Part shown: piece by piece, positions 62,601-64,000 of the stretch
Position numbering within the stretch: position 1 is the stretch's first letter
Layout: each line of letters starts with the position of its first letter
DNA from: Vicugna vicugna
Taxonomy: Eukaryota
NCBI GenBank assembly: GCA_013265495.1
Contig: MU058226.1
Span: 892,741-956,740 of the forward strand
DNA: 64,000 nucleotides
Direction: 5' to 3'
Notes under the pieces: generated by a model
Seen by the model: only the letters and a program-made list of their open reading frames with translations
Database searches by the model: none
What the model was told of the DNA's origin: nothing
Translations under genes and position numbers: made by a program

Positions 62601-63227
62601 CTGCACAGTACCGGGTATACAGTGGGCATCCAATATATGTAAAATTAGTCACTGTATACCTGCTATGCTTATTTGTGTCCATTTTATCTCCCTCTTGAAG
62701 TACCTTCAAGTCTGGGAGGATGTCTTCATAGTTTTTCCTTCTCTTCCTAAAGCACCATAGATACACTGCACAGTCAAAAACAGGTGTTTACTAGGGTGGG
62801 GGTAGAGCCCAGTGGTAGAGCGTGTGCTAAGCATGCGCGAGGTCCTAGGTTCAAACCCCGGTACCTCCAAAAAAACAACTCCATTGCTCCCTATCTCTCC
62901 TTCCGTACCATATGCTCTTCCTAGACTCTTGCCCAGGCTCACTGAAGCTCGTGCGCGACACCCCGGCACCTTTCCTTTCGGCCGCACCTCAAAAGCACTC
63001 CGGCCAGGGAAAACTCGTCCCAGTCCTTGGCACGCATGCGCAGTAGCCCCCGCAGGGCCGGGTCAGTCTCGCACCCCGTGACTCTCTCCTAAAACACGCG
63101 GACACTTCCATCTCTTCTTTCGTCTCTTCTTCCCTTCCTGCCTACCAGCCTCACCTGTCGGGGTCGTGCTCTCTCCGTCCCCGATCCACTCGGGCTCCGG
63201 CGGCTGTTGTTTGGGCGCCTTCGGCAT
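51800..63227 (-). CDS. ABCF1: ATP-binding cassette sub-family F member 1 (ABC50), 842 aa
   Basis: 25 exons (minus): 63227-63155, 60005-59959, 59746-59651, 59495-59366, 59222-59185, 59096-58989, 58334-58260, 58178-58065, 57225-57124, 56865-56743, 56367-56267, 56162-56077, 55786-55647, 55564-55416, 55107-55024, 54857-54733, 54525-54413, 54302-54131, 54048-53974, 53884-53814, 52801-52769, 52683-52515, 52341-52277, 52184-52112, 51966-51800(TGA); 2529 nt. Two NBDs ([22 protein letters not shown] and [22 protein letters not shown]), no transmembrane domain. Confidence 0.97.
55565..55646 (-). ncRNA. MIR877: Mirtron miR-877 (entire 82-nt ABCF1 intron 13)
   Basis: Intron begins GTAGAGGAGATGGCGCAGGG (miR-877-5p as I recall it) and ends TCCTCTTCCCCTTCCTCCCAG; the ends are complementary and coincide with the splice sites. 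Confidence 0.93.
57660..57790. mobile_element. MIR SINE remnant
   Basis: acagatgagataactgagacccaaggagg…ctcaaggtcacacag…gtggcagagccaga…cccagactgtctga is MIR core-like. Confidence 0.65.
57808..57967. mobile_element. MER58-like hAT-Charlie element
   Basis: Inverted termini caggagttgcaaa… and …tttgccaacccctg with internal aaaatatttactatgtggccatttatagaa. Confidence 0.65.
59651..59677 (-). repeat. Coding (CAG)9 polyglutamine tract in ABCF1
   Basis: (CTG)9 on + ending exactly at the exon 3 donor. Confidence 0.92.
62794..62876 (+). mobile_element. tRNA-Ala-derived SINE (Vic-1-like) / tRNA pseudogene in ABCF1 intron 1
   Basis: GGGGGTAGAGCCCAGTGGTAGAGCGTGTGCTAAGCATGCGCGAGGTCCTAGGTTCAAACCCCGGTACCTCCA followed by an A-run; A- and B-box remnants, but D-stem, anticodon-loop and T-stem mismatches. 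Confidence 0.75.
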
Positions 63228-63500
63228 CGCGGTGGCAGTTACTGCAACTCAAGCTGCGCCGGGTGCTATTTCCGCTTCCGGCAGCGTGGGGCCCGGAACC
63301 AGGCGGGCTGTAGACGCAGTTGACCCCGCCCCCAGGCGGTGCACGTGGGCGCCGCACCGTCACCTTGGGGGCGTGCCTGCTGCCAGTGGGGGCGTGGCCT
63401 TCAATGAAGGGGCGTGACCGGAGTCCGCCTAGTCCGGTCGCATCAGCAGAGTTTATGAGGATCTGAGAACTCCGCGATGCCGTGACTAAGTACTGAACGT
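62940..63500. promoter_or_regulatory. ABCF1 CpG-island promoter
   Basis: CpG-rich region over exon 1; ETS CTTCCGG, GC boxes, E-box CACGTG near 63342, NRF1-like GCATGCGCA near 63035. Confidence 0.75.
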
Positions 63501-63744
63501 AGTAATTTCCGACTAGTTTGAAAGGGTGAAGGCATCCTTTTTTTTTTTCCAAGCTGAACGCTACCTTCTGCCTGCCCCTTACGTCTGGTTAGCGACAGAA
63601 AGGCGGAGTCCACCAACTCAGGAAGAGGCCTTGTCGTTTAGTGTTCAGATGTGTCACAAAACCCTGAGGTGTAGAGTTGAAAACGAGGAGGAACTCTAGC
63701 CCAACAGAAATCACGATGCGGTGGACCTTGGGTTCACTCCCCCC

Positions 63745-63880
63745 TTTTTTTGATAACAGCTATTCTGAAGTATAATTGAGATATGATAAACTGCACAAAT
63801 AGGCAATAAACTTCCAAGTGTACACTTTGATAAGTTTTGACATGTATACAGCCATTAAATCACCAACACAATCAAGATTT
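63745..63880 (-). mobile_element. Old L1M 3'-end fragment
   Basis: T-run then aacagctattctgaagtataattg…aaactgcac…aagtgtacac…gttttgaca…caccaacacaatcaagat. Confidence 0.6.
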
Positions 63881-64000
63881 GGGTTCACTTCTAACTCTAC
63901 CACTGAATAGGTGTGTAAGCAAGGCGTTCTCAATAGCCTTGTTATCTGCCATTCTCTCCTTAAACTACTAGTCTATGCTTTTGTCCCTACCATTGCCTGA

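Noticed and set aside
62798..62869. Functional tRNA-Ala gene
   Set aside because: D-stem, T-stem and anticodon-loop mismatches, an A-tail and no T-run terminator; better explained as a SINE.

Overview
Mammalian genomic DNA, gene-dense and syntenic with the MHC class I framework region (human 6p21.33). Its young repeats (a tRNA-Ala-derived SINE and three copies of one L1 3'-end family) suggest a camelid; this is inference. Six spliced genes could be built by hand with canonical GT-AG introns and consistent phases: DHX16 (+, last 16 coding exons only), C6orf136 (-, 315 aa), ATAT1 (-, 421 aa plus two shorter C-terminal options), MRPS18B (-, 258 aa), PPP1R10/PNUTS (+, 927 aa) and ABCF1 (-, 842 aa). 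The mirtron MIR877 is an 82-nt ABCF1 intron. I found no new multi-gene system. The most unusual signals are RNA-processing level: a 62-bp copy of a DHX16 coding exon inserted into the polypyrimidine tract of a downstream DHX16 intron; a perfect telomeric (TTAGGG)4 tract just after the ATAT1 donor that controls C-terminal isoform choice; a strong out-of-frame uATG 7 nt before the ATAT1 start; and a +61 alternative acceptor in PPP1R10 exon 12 matching the lncRNA-PNUTS switch. Comparisons to human sequences are from memory, not from a database search.
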